A stretch of DNA of 64,000 nt, from contig JACQQV010000008.1 of assembly GCA_016206785.1 (NCBI GenBank), positions 4,402-68,401 on the forward strand. Direction: 5' to 3'. The notes beneath the pieces were generated by a model, which was not told the DNA's origin, did not search any database, and worked only from the letters and a program-made list of their open reading frames with translations. Of this stretch, positions 40,289 to 49,257 are shown piece after piece. Both the position numbers and the translations under genes were made by a program. Position 1 is the stretch's first letter. Each line of letters opens with the position of its first letter. The stretch comes from Candidatus Omnitrophota bacterium (GTDB lineage Bacteria; Omnitrophota; Gorgyraeia; JACQQV01).

Positions 40289-41500
40289 ATGCCGGTCTAT
40301 ACCTACAAAGCGCGTGATGCATTCGGTCATGTGATTCATGGAAGGATGGAAGCGAAGGACGAGGAGACTCTTGCCACCCGGCTTAAAAAGCTCGGGTTTC
40401 TGGCTACCGCCCTTCGGGAGAAGACCGAGACCTTCGCGATCGAAGACCTCCTCGAGACATTCCGGCGGGTGAAGGAAGATCACCTTGTCATGACGACATT
40501 ACAACTCTCCAAGATGGTCCGTGCAGGGATCCCTCTTCTGGATACCTTAAAAACGCTCACCGATCAGACAGAAGACCGTTATTTTCGGGCAGTCCTCGCC
40601 GACGTGTCGAGGAACGTGGAAGGGGGGAGCGCTCTTTCTGAAGCACTTTCTCAATATCCCCGCATCTTTGATGCAGGGTATGTGAGTATTGTGAAGGCGG
40701 GTGAGACGAGCGGAAAACTTCCGGATGTTCTCGAAAGAATCGCGCAGCTTTTAGAGGATCGTCTGGAGCTCAAGCAAAAAATTAAAACAGCGCTCATGTA
40801 TCCCTGTGTTTTGCTTGTCTTCGGGGTTTGTCTCTCCGGTTTTATGGTGGTTTATCTTTTGCCCTCATTTATGGATATTTTTCAGAAGGCGAAAGTTCCC
40901 CTTCCCAGCCCGACGCAATTCCTCTACGACGTAAGCCAATTCCTCCGTCACTGTTGGGGGCTGATCCTCTTTGTCGTTCTTTCTCTCCCGTTTATCTGGC
41001 AGTCTCTCCTTCATTGGAAAAAGAGCCACATTCTCATCGACCGGTTCTTTTTGGAGTTCCCGCTTTTCGGGCCGCTCGTCCGTCAGGTCACGGTCACCCG
41101 ATTCGCCCAGAATCTTGAAACACTCCTTTCAAGCGGCGTACCGATCTTAGAGGCGTTGGATGTGGCGAAAAAGACCTCAGGGAATCTTGTCATGATGGAG
41201 GTTCTGGAGAAGGCGCAGGCGCGGGTCTCTCAAGGAGAATCTTTGGCGAAACCGCTCAAGGAGAGCAAGGAGTTTCCCCTCATGCCGGTTCATATGATTG
41301 CGGTGGGAGAGGAGTCTGGGACGCTCGATGAGATGCTCGGCCATATCGCCAGTTTCTACCAAAAGACGGTGGATCATGCCATTAAACAGCTCACTGCGCT
41401 GGTAGAGCCCCTCTTTCTCATTCTCATGGGAGGGATGGTCGGTTTTATCATGGCCTCCCTTCTTCTTCCGATCTTTAGGATGGTTAAACTCATTCAATAA
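40289..41500 (+). CDS. pilC: PilC/GspF family platform protein, copy 2
   Basis: MPVYTYKA, AGIPL, AGETSGKL, SGVPILEAL, VGEESGTL and VEP. Confidence 0.93.
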   Translation: MPVYTYKARDAFGHVIHGRMEAKDEETLATRLKKLGFLATALREKTETFAIEDLLETFRRVKEDHLVMTTLQLSKMVRAGIPLLDTLKTLTDQTEDRYFRAVLADVSRNVEGGSALSEALSQYPRIFDAGYVSIVKAGETSGKLPDVLERIAQLLEDRLELKQKIKTALMYPCVLLVFGVCLSGFMVVYLLPSFMDIFQKAKVPLPSPTQFLYDVSQFLRHCWGLILFVVLSLPFIWQSLLHWKKSHILIDRFFLEFPLFGPLVRQVTVTRFAQNLETLLSSGVPILEALDVAKKTSGNLVMMEVLEKAQARVSQGESLAKPLKESKEFPLMPVHMIAVGEESGTLDEMLGHIASFYQKTVDHAIKQLTALVEPLFLILMGGMVGFIMASLLLPIFRMVKLIQ

Positions 41501-41503
41501 AGG

Positions 41504-41532
41504 TTGACAAAAAAGGAAAATTGTGGTATTCT
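41504..41532 (+). promoter_or_regulatory. Sigma70-type promoter for the pilin operon
   Basis: TTGACA-17 bp-TATTCT with an extended -10 TG. Confidence 0.75.
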
Positions 41533-41605
41533 ATAAAGTTGGTATTTCATAGTCTCACAATGAGATAGGTGAATTTTCCATAGGCGAAAAAAGGGGGAGT
41601 GACAA

Positions 41606-42103
41606 ATGACCAAAAAAAGTGCTTTTACCCCGTTAAAGATGAAATCTTTAACGGGGTTTACCCTTATTGAACTGATGATCGTCATGGCGGTGATTGCGAT
41701 CTTAATCGGTATCATCCTCCCGATGGTTGGGGGGTTTCGAGAAGAGGCGAACATCAACCGGGCGAGGGGAGATTTGTCCACGTTACGAACCGCGATGGAG
41801 TCTTATTATATTCACCACAGTAACGCCTATCCGCCAGCGCTTACCGGACTCACCGACACGACGACAAATCCGAAGATTGTCACAAGAATTCCGGATGATC
41901 CTTTTTTGCCGGGAACGACCTATCAGGTTCTTTACAGTACCAATAACCAGTTCTACGCGCTCTGGTCGGTTGGACCGGGGGGAACAGCTTCTGTCACAGC
42001 AGTAGCAAACACAGGGGGTGTGACCCAAGCCCAAGGAGCGGGGGCTCGGAACCCGATCTGGGTTGCCAATGGGGATGAACAGACTCCTGCCGAATCCCCT
42101 TAA
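41606..42103 (+). CDS. Type IV pilin/GspG-like pseudopilin with an extended leader
   Basis: MTKKSAFT-PLKMKSLTG|FTLIELMIVMAVIAILIGIILP; YP...DPF and WSVGPG GspG-like motifs. Confidence 0.88.
   Translation: MTKKSAFTPLKMKSLTGFTLIELMIVMAVIAILIGIILPMVGGFREEANINRARGDLSTLRTAMESYYIHHSNAYPPALTGLTDTTTNPKIVTRIPDDPFLPGTTYQVLYSTNNQFYALWSVGPGGTASVTAVANTGGVTQAQGAGARNPIWVANGDEQTPAESP
41627..41657. repeat. Palindromic element, copy 2 (in-frame in a prepilin leader)
   Basis: ACCCCGTTAAAGAT-GAA-ATCTTTAACGGGGT; TTTACCC direct repeats 33 bp apart (41624 and 41657). Confidence 0.92.
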
Positions 42104-42150
42104 CCTCTGAGGAGCCCGTTCATTTTAACGGTTGGAAACAAGAAAACTTC

Positions 42151-42184
42151 AGGCCCCTTTCTGCAAGAAGGGGCTTTTTTGTTT
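42151..42184 (+). terminator. Intrinsic terminator between the pilin and the minor pilins
   Basis: GGCCCCTTTCT-GCA-AGAAGGGGCT followed by a T-tract. Confidence 0.75.
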
Positions 42185-42201
42185 GAGGTCTTATTTTCAA
42201 G

Positions 42202-42630
42202 ATGACCCAAAAAGGATTTACCCCGTTAGAGATGAAATCTCTAACGGGGTTTACCCTGATTGAACTGATCCTTGCTATTATTCTTTTTGCAGGGGCGACG
42301 GTCCCTCTCCTCCTCGCTCTCAATCAGGGGCTTTTTGCCACCACCTATTCGGAACATCGTCAGATCGCCGTAGGTCTCGCCCTCAATGAACTGGAGGATG
42401 TGGAACGGGATGCGGGACAAAATTGCGGTCGGTGGGATCGGGTGAGGAACGCCGCCAAGGCCCCCATTGCGGATTTTCCGACATTCCAAAGGCAAATTGT
42501 TGTTTCGAATCCTCCCGGTACGGATACGAATTTAAAAGAGGTGCGCGTCATCGTCTATTGGACGGATCAGGTAGAAAATTCAGCAACGCTTGTCACTTAT
42601 TTTGTGAACAATCCGAACGGTTGCCCATGA
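42202..42630 (+). CDS. Minor pilin (PilV/GspI-like) with an extended leader
   Basis: MTQKGFT-PLEMKSLTG|FTLIELILAIILF; C-terminal LKEVRVIVYW. Confidence 0.82.
   Translation: MTQKGFTPLEMKSLTGFTLIELILAIILFAGATVPLLLALNQGLFATTYSEHRQIAVGLALNELEDVERDAGQNCGRWDRVRNAAKAPIADFPTFQRQIVVSNPPGTDTNLKEVRVIVYWTDQVENSATLVTYFVNNPNGCP
42220..42250. repeat. Palindromic element, copy 3 (in-frame in a prepilin leader)
   Basis: ACCCCGTTAGAGAT-GAA-ATCTCTAACGGGGT; TTTACCC direct repeats 33 bp apart (42217 and 42250). Confidence 0.92.
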
Positions 42631-43271
42631 AAAAAAGTGGTTTAACCCTTATGGAACTGATGCTCGTTATGATTGGGATGTCGATCCTGTTTGGCGTCGG
42701 CGTCTTCGCTTTTCTGGCCGCTTCCAAAGCGGTCCAGAGGCAGCAGGAAAGAATTTCACCGGGAGAGGAACTTTCACAGGGACTGCAGAAGGTGGCGCGG
42801 GAACTTCGGGAAGCGGCCGATGATGCCATCGGAGATTCGAACGGAACGATCACACAGTCTAGTAGTACCGGCGGTAGCGGGAATATTGCCAACACCATTC
42901 GATATCAGGATGTGGAGGATAATCAATTTTACGTCCTCTATCTTTATGGCATTGATGGTGATTCTTCTACGCCAGATGATACCGTTTTCGACAGCTCGTA
43001 CATTTCTACCGTCCTTTATCAGTTACGATTAGCACCTGCCGCGGGATTCACGTATGGTTCAGGAAGAATTTTGGCGCGAACCATCATGTCTCCCAATGCG
43101 TCGGACCCGGTCGATCAGGCGGTGATTCAGCGGGGAAGCGGTCGTGAGCAGCGACGGATCGAACTCATACTGACCGCAACACAGATTTCTGGAGCAGTTT
43201 CTCAAAAAAGCGAGAAGGTCAAAATGCGCCTTATGATCCGTCCAAGAAATCAGGGAAACTCAGTCATTTAG
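42627..43271 (+). CDS. Minor pilin (PilW/GspJ-like)
   Basis: MKKSG|LTLMELMLVMIGMSIL, RELREA and C-terminal RPRN. Its ATG overlaps the upstream stop. Confidence 0.82.
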   Translation: MKKSGLTLMELMLVMIGMSILFGVGVFAFLAASKAVQRQQERISPGEELSQGLQKVARELREAADDAIGDSNGTITQSSSTGGSGNIANTIRYQDVEDNQFYVLYLYGIDGDSSTPDDTVFDSSYISTVLYQLRLAPAAGFTYGSGRILARTIMSPNASDPVDQAVIQRGSGREQRRIELILTATQISGAVSQKSEKVKMRLMIRPRNQGNSVI

Positions 43272-43281
43272 GAGAAAAGGA

Positions 43282-43749
43282 ATGAACCTGAGGAATCACA
43301 GAGGGGTGACCCTTCTCCTTGTTTTTATCTTGATGATCGCTCTCCTCGGCCTTGTCTCTTCTTTTCTTTTCATGGCGATGGTGCAGGCCCGTCATTCAGG
43401 AGGGCATCTCGATGATGAGAAAGCCTTTTACGTGGCTCAAGCGGCACTGCGAAGAGGGGTCTGGCGCCTTCTTTATACGGAACCCCCTCCTCTTACGAAT
43501 TGGAGACTTAACGACGGAACTTGGCCGAAAACTGAACCATCGGGTTCCATGGACACGGGAGATGGGATGACCGGGACTTATTCTCTCACGGTGACACTGA
43601 CGGCCCTCGACGGAGGCCCTTGGAATGTTACCTTTGACGCGACCGGTACCATGCATGGTATTTCCCGTCGGGTTCAGCGCATCTACCGTTCTACAAACCT
43701 CAATGTGAACGCTTTAACGCCTGTCTTTAACTCATGGAAAGAAATTTGA
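43282..43749 (+). CDS. Minor pilin (PilX/GspK-like)
   Basis: RG|VTLLLVFILM without E5 (typical of PilX), KAFYVAQAA and C-terminal SWKE. Confidence 0.8.
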   Translation: MNLRNHRGVTLLLVFILMIALLGLVSSFLFMAMVQARHSGGHLDDEKAFYVAQAALRRGVWRLLYTEPPPLTNWRLNDGTWPKTEPSGSMDTGDGMTGTYSLTVTLTALDGGPWNVTFDATGTMHGISRRVQRIYRSTNLNVNALTPVFNSWKEI

Positions 43750-45419
43750 ACAACATCCTTCGTCGCATCGATTGGAAGAAAGGGATTGAAAAAATCCCGT
43801 GGAAAAGGGAAGAGTTTGTCCTCAGTCTCGACATCGGGACGAGTGCCATCAAGTGGGTTCTTTTGAGAAATTCAAAGGAAGGACCCCTTTTTTTGGAAGG
43901 GGGGATGGAAGATCCGAAAAACCTCCGGGCGATTCTTGAGAAAAAGGCGACGTCCAAAAAGTGCAGGGTGCGGATCGCGATCTCGGGGCCAAAGGTTCTT
44001 TTAAAAAGGGTCCTTCTTCCCAAGATGCCACCTCAAGAGATTGAGACGGCCTTGCGTTGGCAGGTGAAAGAGGAAATCCCTTTTCCGATTCAAGAAGTCT
44101 ATCTTGATTTTCAGGAGATTCGCTCTATTGAAAAGGAAGGAAAGCATCTCCTTGATCTTCTGGTGGGGGTCGTCCATAAAGAATTGGTCGATTCCCTTTT
44201 AAGTATCGGTCCCTTTGAGATAGACACGATTGAGCCGGCTCTCCTTCTTCTTCCCCGTCTTTTTTCCCTTGAAAAGAGAAACGATTATGCACTCATCGAT
44301 TTGGGCGCCTCCACCACCCATGTCGGCATTTTTCATGAAGGGATATTGGAGATGGCAAGGGAGATCTCGATTGGAGGAGAGACCCTGACCCAGGCCTTAA
44401 CCTGTGAAATCATGATTGGGGAAAAGAAATGCTCCCTGGGGAAAGAAGAGGCGGAAAAGGCAAAACTCTCTTACGGTATTTCTCAAGAGACTTCCACCGC
44501 TTCCGTCGGTACGGAGATGCCGCCGGAGAAATTGTGGGTTCTCATGCGGCCGATTCTTGAAAGACTTCTTGGGGATCTGGAACGTTTCTTCCAGTTTTAC
44601 GAGAAGAGAGATCCTCCTCGCGAAATTCAAGAAGTCTGGGTCACCGGAGGCGGTGCCGGCCTTCAGCATCTCGACGATCTTCTGAAGAGGCATCTCGGTC
44701 TTGCACCTGAAGGACTTTCCTTTTTGAGTCAATTTCGTTTTTCGCAAGGCTTTTTGAGAGACACCCCCCAGGAGGAGATTGAAAGGCGTCTGGGTGTGGC
44801 TGTGGCGGCGGCCCTTCCTCGGAAAGAGATCATCAATTTTCTCCCGCCCTCTGTGAAGGCTTCGCGGCAATGGCGGTTTCGGGTCCGGATGACAAAAACC
44901 GCTTCTTTCTTGACCATCATTTTTTTGGCAGGGTTTCAGCTTTTCTTTGCCATCGAGAGGGTGGCATTGAAAAACGCGATTCAAAAGAAAAAGAAAATCT
45001 GGGAGGAACTCGCTTCCCAGCGGGAGACCTATATGCGTTGGATGGACAAGAAGAAGCATGCCGAAAAGGTGGTTCAAACGTTTTCAAATTTTTTGGAGAG
45101 AGAACCTCTGTGGGAGGGAGTCTTAAAAGAACTTTCTTGGCTCGTTCCGAAAGCGGTTTCTTTAAAGGAGCTCAAGATGGAAAACGGTTCTTTAAGTCAA
45201 GGAAAGAAGAACTACCGGGTTCATCTCAAGGGGGAGGTGGGAGGGTCAAAGGAATCGGCAGAGGAGACCCTCACCCATTTCTTGGAGGCGCTTGAAGCTT
45301 CTCCCTTCTTTGAGGGAATCCGACTTGTTTCGACGGAAGGGGAGGCCTCTTCCGAAGGAGGGATTCCATTTGAAGTTACCGGCCAGCTTGAATTGGAAGG
45401 CGCTTCAAAAGAGGATTGA
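43734..45419 (+). CDS. PilM-PilN fusion protein, copy 1
   Basis: Actin-like PilM part (LDIGTSAIK, IDLGAST, VTGGGA), then INFLP, a TM segment, a coiled coil and a PilN-like domain (LEASPFF). Confidence 0.82.
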   Translation: MERNLNNILRRIDWKKGIEKIPWKREEFVLSLDIGTSAIKWVLLRNSKEGPLFLEGGMEDPKNLRAILEKKATSKKCRVRIAISGPKVLLKRVLLPKMPPQEIETALRWQVKEEIPFPIQEVYLDFQEIRSIEKEGKHLLDLLVGVVHKELVDSLLSIGPFEIDTIEPALLLLPRLFSLEKRNDYALIDLGASTTHVGIFHEGILEMAREISIGGETLTQALTCEIMIGEKKCSLGKEEAEKAKLSYGISQETSTASVGTEMPPEKLWVLMRPILERLLGDLERFFQFYEKRDPPREIQEVWVTGGGAGLQHLDDLLKRHLGLAPEGLSFLSQFRFSQGFLRDTPQEEIERRLGVAVAAALPRKEIINFLPPSVKASRQWRFRVRMTKTASFLTIIFLAGFQLFFAIERVALKNAIQKKKKIWEELASQRETYMRWMDKKKHAEKVVQTFSNFLEREPLWEGVLKELSWLVPKAVSLKELKMENGSLSQGKKNYRVHLKGEVGGSKESAEETLTHFLEALEASPFFEGIRLVSTEGEASSEGGIPFEVTGQLELEGASKED

Positions 45420-45978
45420 GAAAAGAGATCTTCTTCTGATAGGAGCCGTGGGGGCCCTTTTCTTCCTTCTTCTCCTTTATGGGTTTTGGTTTCGTCCCCG
45501 TCTCCGGCTGATTCAGGGACTCTCTCGGGAACTTCAGACGCTCCGGATCCAAATCAGGGATGCGCAGCTCTTGGAGAATGTGTCCCGCATCCAGAATGAA
45601 ATTTCCGAGATCGAGAAGACCTACGGAGGAAGATTTTTCAAGCGGAATGAAATCCCACGCGCCTTGGAATTTTTGAAGGATTACCTCACAAAATATCGCT
45701 TGGACATTCTGTTTCTTAAACCTGAATTGAAGGAGGATCTCTCTCCTTTTGTCTTGGGTCCCACTCTTTTCCTGGATACCATTCCTGTTCGCCTTCGCCT
45801 CAAAGGGGATTATGTAGATACGGGACGCTTTTTAGGAAGCCTTAAGGAACTTCCTTTTCTAACAACCGTGGAACTTCTTCAGATGGGGAGCCCTCAAACG
45901 GTCTATCCGAAAGTGGAAACTCAGCTCACGTTATTCCTTTATCTTGAAAGACAAGAAGGAGCCGTTCGTGGAAGGTAA
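45388..45978 (+). CDS. PilO-like protein, copy 1
   Basis: TM segment, coiled coil, and IPVRLRLKGDY..TGRFL..L. The TTG 45388 start is uncertain. Confidence 0.78.
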   Translation: MNWKALQKRIEKRDLLLIGAVGALFFLLLLYGFWFRPRLRLIQGLSRELQTLRIQIRDAQLLENVSRIQNEISEIEKTYGGRFFKRNEIPRALEFLKDYLTKYRLDILFLKPELKEDLSPFVLGPTLFLDTIPVRLRLKGDYVDTGRFLGSLKELPFLTTVELLQMGSPQTVYPKVETQLTLFLYLERQEGAVRGR

Positions 45979-46405
45979 AAAGCAGAAGATCCTCATCCTT
46001 TTTGCCCTTTGCCTTGTGGTGATGGGCGTCTGGTCCCGCGTGCTGTTGAAAAAAAGAGTGCTTAAGATGCAGGGCCCGCCACAGACAGAAGAAAGGGCCT
46101 TCTCCGGGAGAAGCACTTCCCTTTCGTCGCGGTCGCTCAGGAAACTTCAAGAGGGAAAGATGGTCAAAGAGTGGAACCGAAATCCTTTCCTTGCGATCGG
46201 GAAAGAAAAAGAGGCGACCTACCTCTCAGGGCTTTCTTTGACCGGGATCCTCTGGGATAAGGATCGGCCCCTCGCCATGATTAATAACGTTGTCGTGAGC
46301 GTCCATGATACGATCGATAGTTATACCATCAAAGAGATCGCCTCTGATGCTGTGGTCCTTGAACGGGACGGCGAAGAATATGTCCTTCGATTGGGGGCGA
46401 AATAA
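45968..46405 (+). CDS. PilP/MshK-like alignment protein, copy 1
   Basis: N-terminal TM, RNPF, and LTGILWD...AMINN. GTG 45968 has an AAGGAG RBS. Confidence 0.65.
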   Translation: MEGKKQKILILFALCLVVMGVWSRVLLKKRVLKMQGPPQTEERAFSGRSTSLSSRSLRKLQEGKMVKEWNRNPFLAIGKEKEATYLSGLSLTGILWDKDRPLAMINNVVVSVHDTIDSYTIKEIASDAVVLERDGEEYVLRLGAK

Positions 46406-46424
46406 GGGGGCCCTGTTCTTCCCG

Positions 46425-46453
46425 TTGACATCCTGAGAGATGTATGCTAACTT
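46425..46453 (+). promoter_or_regulatory. Possible sigma70 promoter for the second pilMN-O-P set
   Basis: TTGACA-17 bp-TAACTT with an extended -10 TG. Confidence 0.55.
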
Positions 46454-46475
46454 GTTGTGTTATAGGATGTAAGAA

Positions 46476-48179
46476 ATGAAGCCACCCGCCACAAAGATCC
46501 CGTTGGAAAAGATAAAATTGAGCAAAAAGGAAACCCTCTCACTCTTAAGTTATGCCTTGGGAGTGGGTGAGAAGCCGGGTCCCTTTGCCGCTCTCTCCGT
46601 CGGAAACCGTTCTTTAAAATTGGTGGAGGTCATGGTTGAAGAAGGGAAACGGGAACTCTTGGGGCATTGGTTTAAGGAAATTTTCATCAGGGAAGATCTT
46701 GCGGAGGATCTGAGACAGAAGGAGCTTCAAAAAAGCGCCATCGCTTTTTTGAAAGGGTGCCCGATCTCTTCCAGGAAAATCCACCTCGGTTTTGGAGCAG
46801 AGGTGATGCCTGTGAAGAAGGTGACTGTTCCAGAGATGCCGAAGGAAGAACTTCCTCAGGCCCTCCGATGGGCGGTCCGTGCCCAGCTCCCCTTTGATGT
46901 AGAACGGGCCCTCTTCGAATTTGACATCTTAAGTACAGTGGGAAGGAAGCAAGAGGCCGTTGTCGTCTCTGCCCGCGAGGGGCTTCTCACGGAGTGGGTG
47001 TTTACGATGCAGGAGGCAGGTTACCACGTGGCCAGTATCACATCCAATCCATTATCCCTTTTGGCCTGGATGAAAGAAGGGAATATTCTTTCAGGGCCAG
47101 ATCCGATCGCTTTGTTGGACATCGGGACCCTGCGCACCTCTCTTTATATTTCGATCCATGGGAAGCCCAGTTTTATACGGGAGCTGGACATCGGGGGTGA
47201 GGCCATCACTCAAGCCTTGACCCGTCCCCTCGCGACGGAGAGGGGGGAGCTCAAACTGGGTTACGAAGAAGCCGAACAGCTCAAACGTTCTTACGGCTTT
47301 CCTCTGGAAGGGCAGATCTCCGATGAAAAAGTCAATGCCTCTCAAATAGTTTCTTTAATGCGTCCTCTTCTGGAACGGCTGGCGAGCGAGATCAGACGCT
47401 CTTTTGATTATTATCAGGAAGAATTTGAAGGTCGGGTCCAGAAGGTTTACCTGTTGGGGGGTTCTTCCCACCTCAAACATCTCACCGACTTTCTTTCGGA
47501 AAAATTGGTCCTTTCGGTCGAGATCCTTCCTTTACCCCCAGGGTTTCTCTGGCAGACGCAGAAGATCAACGAGGCGGATCTCCGCGAACGTTTGCCCCTC
47601 CTCGCCCCTGCTCTCGGTCTGGCGTTTCAGGAGGGGAGGGGATTTAACCTTTTGCCATCCCGCTTCCGACTGAAGAAATCGCAGAAGGTCGAGCGGATCG
47701 CGATGAGGATCTCCACGATCGTCATCGTCTTCATGCTTTTCATCGTTTTTTCTTATCGATTGAAAGAGGTCGGTTCACTGGAGAGGCAGCGCTCCCTTTC
47801 GCAGTCCTCCTGGAAGGCGATCCAGGAGATCGAAACGATGAAACAGGCGCTTAAGGAGCGAAGAGGGGTCGTTGCGAAAATCAAAGAGGGGCACCCTTAT
47901 CTCTTGGAGACTCTCTCGGAAATCTCCAGTCTTCTTCCCCCGCATGCAGTGCTTGATAAGATCTCACAACCGCGGGGAACCGCCGAACTCCATTTTTCAG
48001 GGACGATTTTCGGGTTGCATGAGAAGTCTACGGAGGTTCTACTGGGAGAACTGATCTCCAGTTTTGAAAAATCTCCTTTTGTTAAAGAGGTGAAGTTGGT
48101 TTCATTCCAGCGGGATGAGACGTACGATCGGCCTGCCAGTAATTTTGAAATTTTTTTCCGGTTAAAGGTGCACCAATGA
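46476..48179 (+). CDS. PilM-PilN fusion protein, copy 2
   Basis: PilM part (LDIGTLRT, IGGEAIT, EAEQLK, EIRRSFDYY, LLGGSS), then FNLLP, a TM segment and a PilN-like domain (FEKSPFV). Confidence 0.82.
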   Translation: MKPPATKIPLEKIKLSKKETLSLLSYALGVGEKPGPFAALSVGNRSLKLVEVMVEEGKRELLGHWFKEIFIREDLAEDLRQKELQKSAIAFLKGCPISSRKIHLGFGAEVMPVKKVTVPEMPKEELPQALRWAVRAQLPFDVERALFEFDILSTVGRKQEAVVVSAREGLLTEWVFTMQEAGYHVASITSNPLSLLAWMKEGNILSGPDPIALLDIGTLRTSLYISIHGKPSFIRELDIGGEAITQALTRPLATERGELKLGYEEAEQLKRSYGFPLEGQISDEKVNASQIVSLMRPLLERLASEIRRSFDYYQEEFEGRVQKVYLLGGSSHLKHLTDFLSEKLVLSVEILPLPPGFLWQTQKINEADLRERLPLLAPALGLAFQEGRGFNLLPSRFRLKKSQKVERIAMRISTIVIVFMLFIVFSYRLKEVGSLERQRSLSQSSWKAIQEIETMKQALKERRGVVAKIKEGHPYLLETLSEISSLLPPHAVLDKISQPRGTAELHFSGTIFGLHEKSTEVLLGELISSFEKSPFVKEVKLVSFQRDETYDRPASNFEIFFRLKVHQ

Positions 48180-48778
48180 ATCTTCCAACACCTCTCAGCA
48201 AGATCTTCAAGGCTCGATTCAGTCATCGCGAACTGGTCCTCTGGTCGATCGGCCTCATTCTTTTCATCGTTCTTTTTATACAGTTTTTCATTATCCCGGC
48301 TGGCCATCGCGCCCTCCGACTCAAGAAAGAAATTGCCGTCATGAAAACACGCTATCAACAACTGGTCGCGCAAGAGGGATCTTTGGAGCAGACCATCATT
48401 TCCCTGCAGAAAGAGCTCACGAGCCTGGAAGAGAGTCTTCCCCACCAAGAGAAAATTTCAGGAATTCTAAAGGCCCTCTCGGAGAAGGCCAGTCATTTGG
48501 GCATTCAGGTTATTTCGATACGTCCCGAATCGGCCGTCCCTTACCCCAATGCGACAAATCCCCTCCTTTTGGGCGGTCGGTCTTGCGAGGCCCTTTCGAT
48601 TCAGATGGAACTTCGGTGTTCCTATCGGGTGCTGGGAGGATACCTCACCTCGATTGAACAGGCATTTCCCTCCGCGATTACGATAGACGGAGTGAATATT
48701 CAAAAGGAGGGTGGGAAATCTTCCACCCTGAAGGTAACCCTTTTTGTGACAACCTATCTTTTCGGAAATTCTCCGTAA
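48176..48778 (+). CDS. PilO-like protein, copy 2
   Basis: RE followed by a TM segment, coiled coil, LP..EKI..IL..L and IQMELRCSY..LGGYL. Confidence 0.78.
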   Translation: MNLPTPLSKIFKARFSHRELVLWSIGLILFIVLFIQFFIIPAGHRALRLKKEIAVMKTRYQQLVAQEGSLEQTIISLQKELTSLEESLPHQEKISGILKALSEKASHLGIQVISIRPESAVPYPNATNPLLLGGRSCEALSIQMELRCSYRVLGGYLTSIEQAFPSAITIDGVNIQKEGGKSSTLKVTLFVTTYLFGNSP

Positions 48779-48786
48779 GGTTCCCT

Positions 48787-49251
48787 ATGGCTGGCGACCC
48801 GCAGAAAGAAAGAAGGAAAAAGATCATCGCAGTCGTCCTTGTCTGCTTCTTTCTCCCCCTTCTCTGGTATAACGTGCATCGTGCGCAGAAGAGTATTTCT
48901 CCGGTGCCACAAACGATGCCTCCGCAAGAAACACCTCCCTCTCCCGCCTCTTCTGAAGCGTTGACGGCAACGGAACTTCTCACGTGGAAACGGGATCCTT
49001 TTATTTTGGGTATCGGGAAAGAAGGTGAGCTTCCGACATTGCAACTCAAGGTGAGCGGGATTATCTACGATGAGACACGGCCTGAAGCGACCTACGCGAT
49101 TATTAATGAAGAGGTAGTCCGGATCGGGGATAACCTCCACGGGATTAAGGTGATCGACATTCAACCCGATTATGTGCGTCTCAAGAAATTTAACCAAGAA
49201 GTGATCCTTTATCTTTACCAGGAAAAAGTCACAGGGGAAGAGGGAGAATGA
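48787..49251 (+). CDS. PilP/MshK-like alignment protein, copy 2
   Basis: TM segment, Pro-rich linker, RDPF, and VSGIIYD...AIINEEVVRIGD. Confidence 0.65.
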   Translation: MAGDPQKERRKKIIAVVLVCFFLPLLWYNVHRAQKSISPVPQTMPPQETPPSPASSEALTATELLTWKRDPFILGIGKEGELPTLQLKVSGIIYDETRPEATYAIINEEVVRIGDNLHGIKVIDIQPDYVRLKKFNQEVILYLYQEKVTGEEGE

Positions 49252-49257
49252 GAGGGG

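Noticed and set aside
42115-42131. Possible fourth, degenerate copy of the palindrome (CCCGTT-CATTTT-AACGG)
   Set aside because: Only a 5-bp stem, which could arise by chance.
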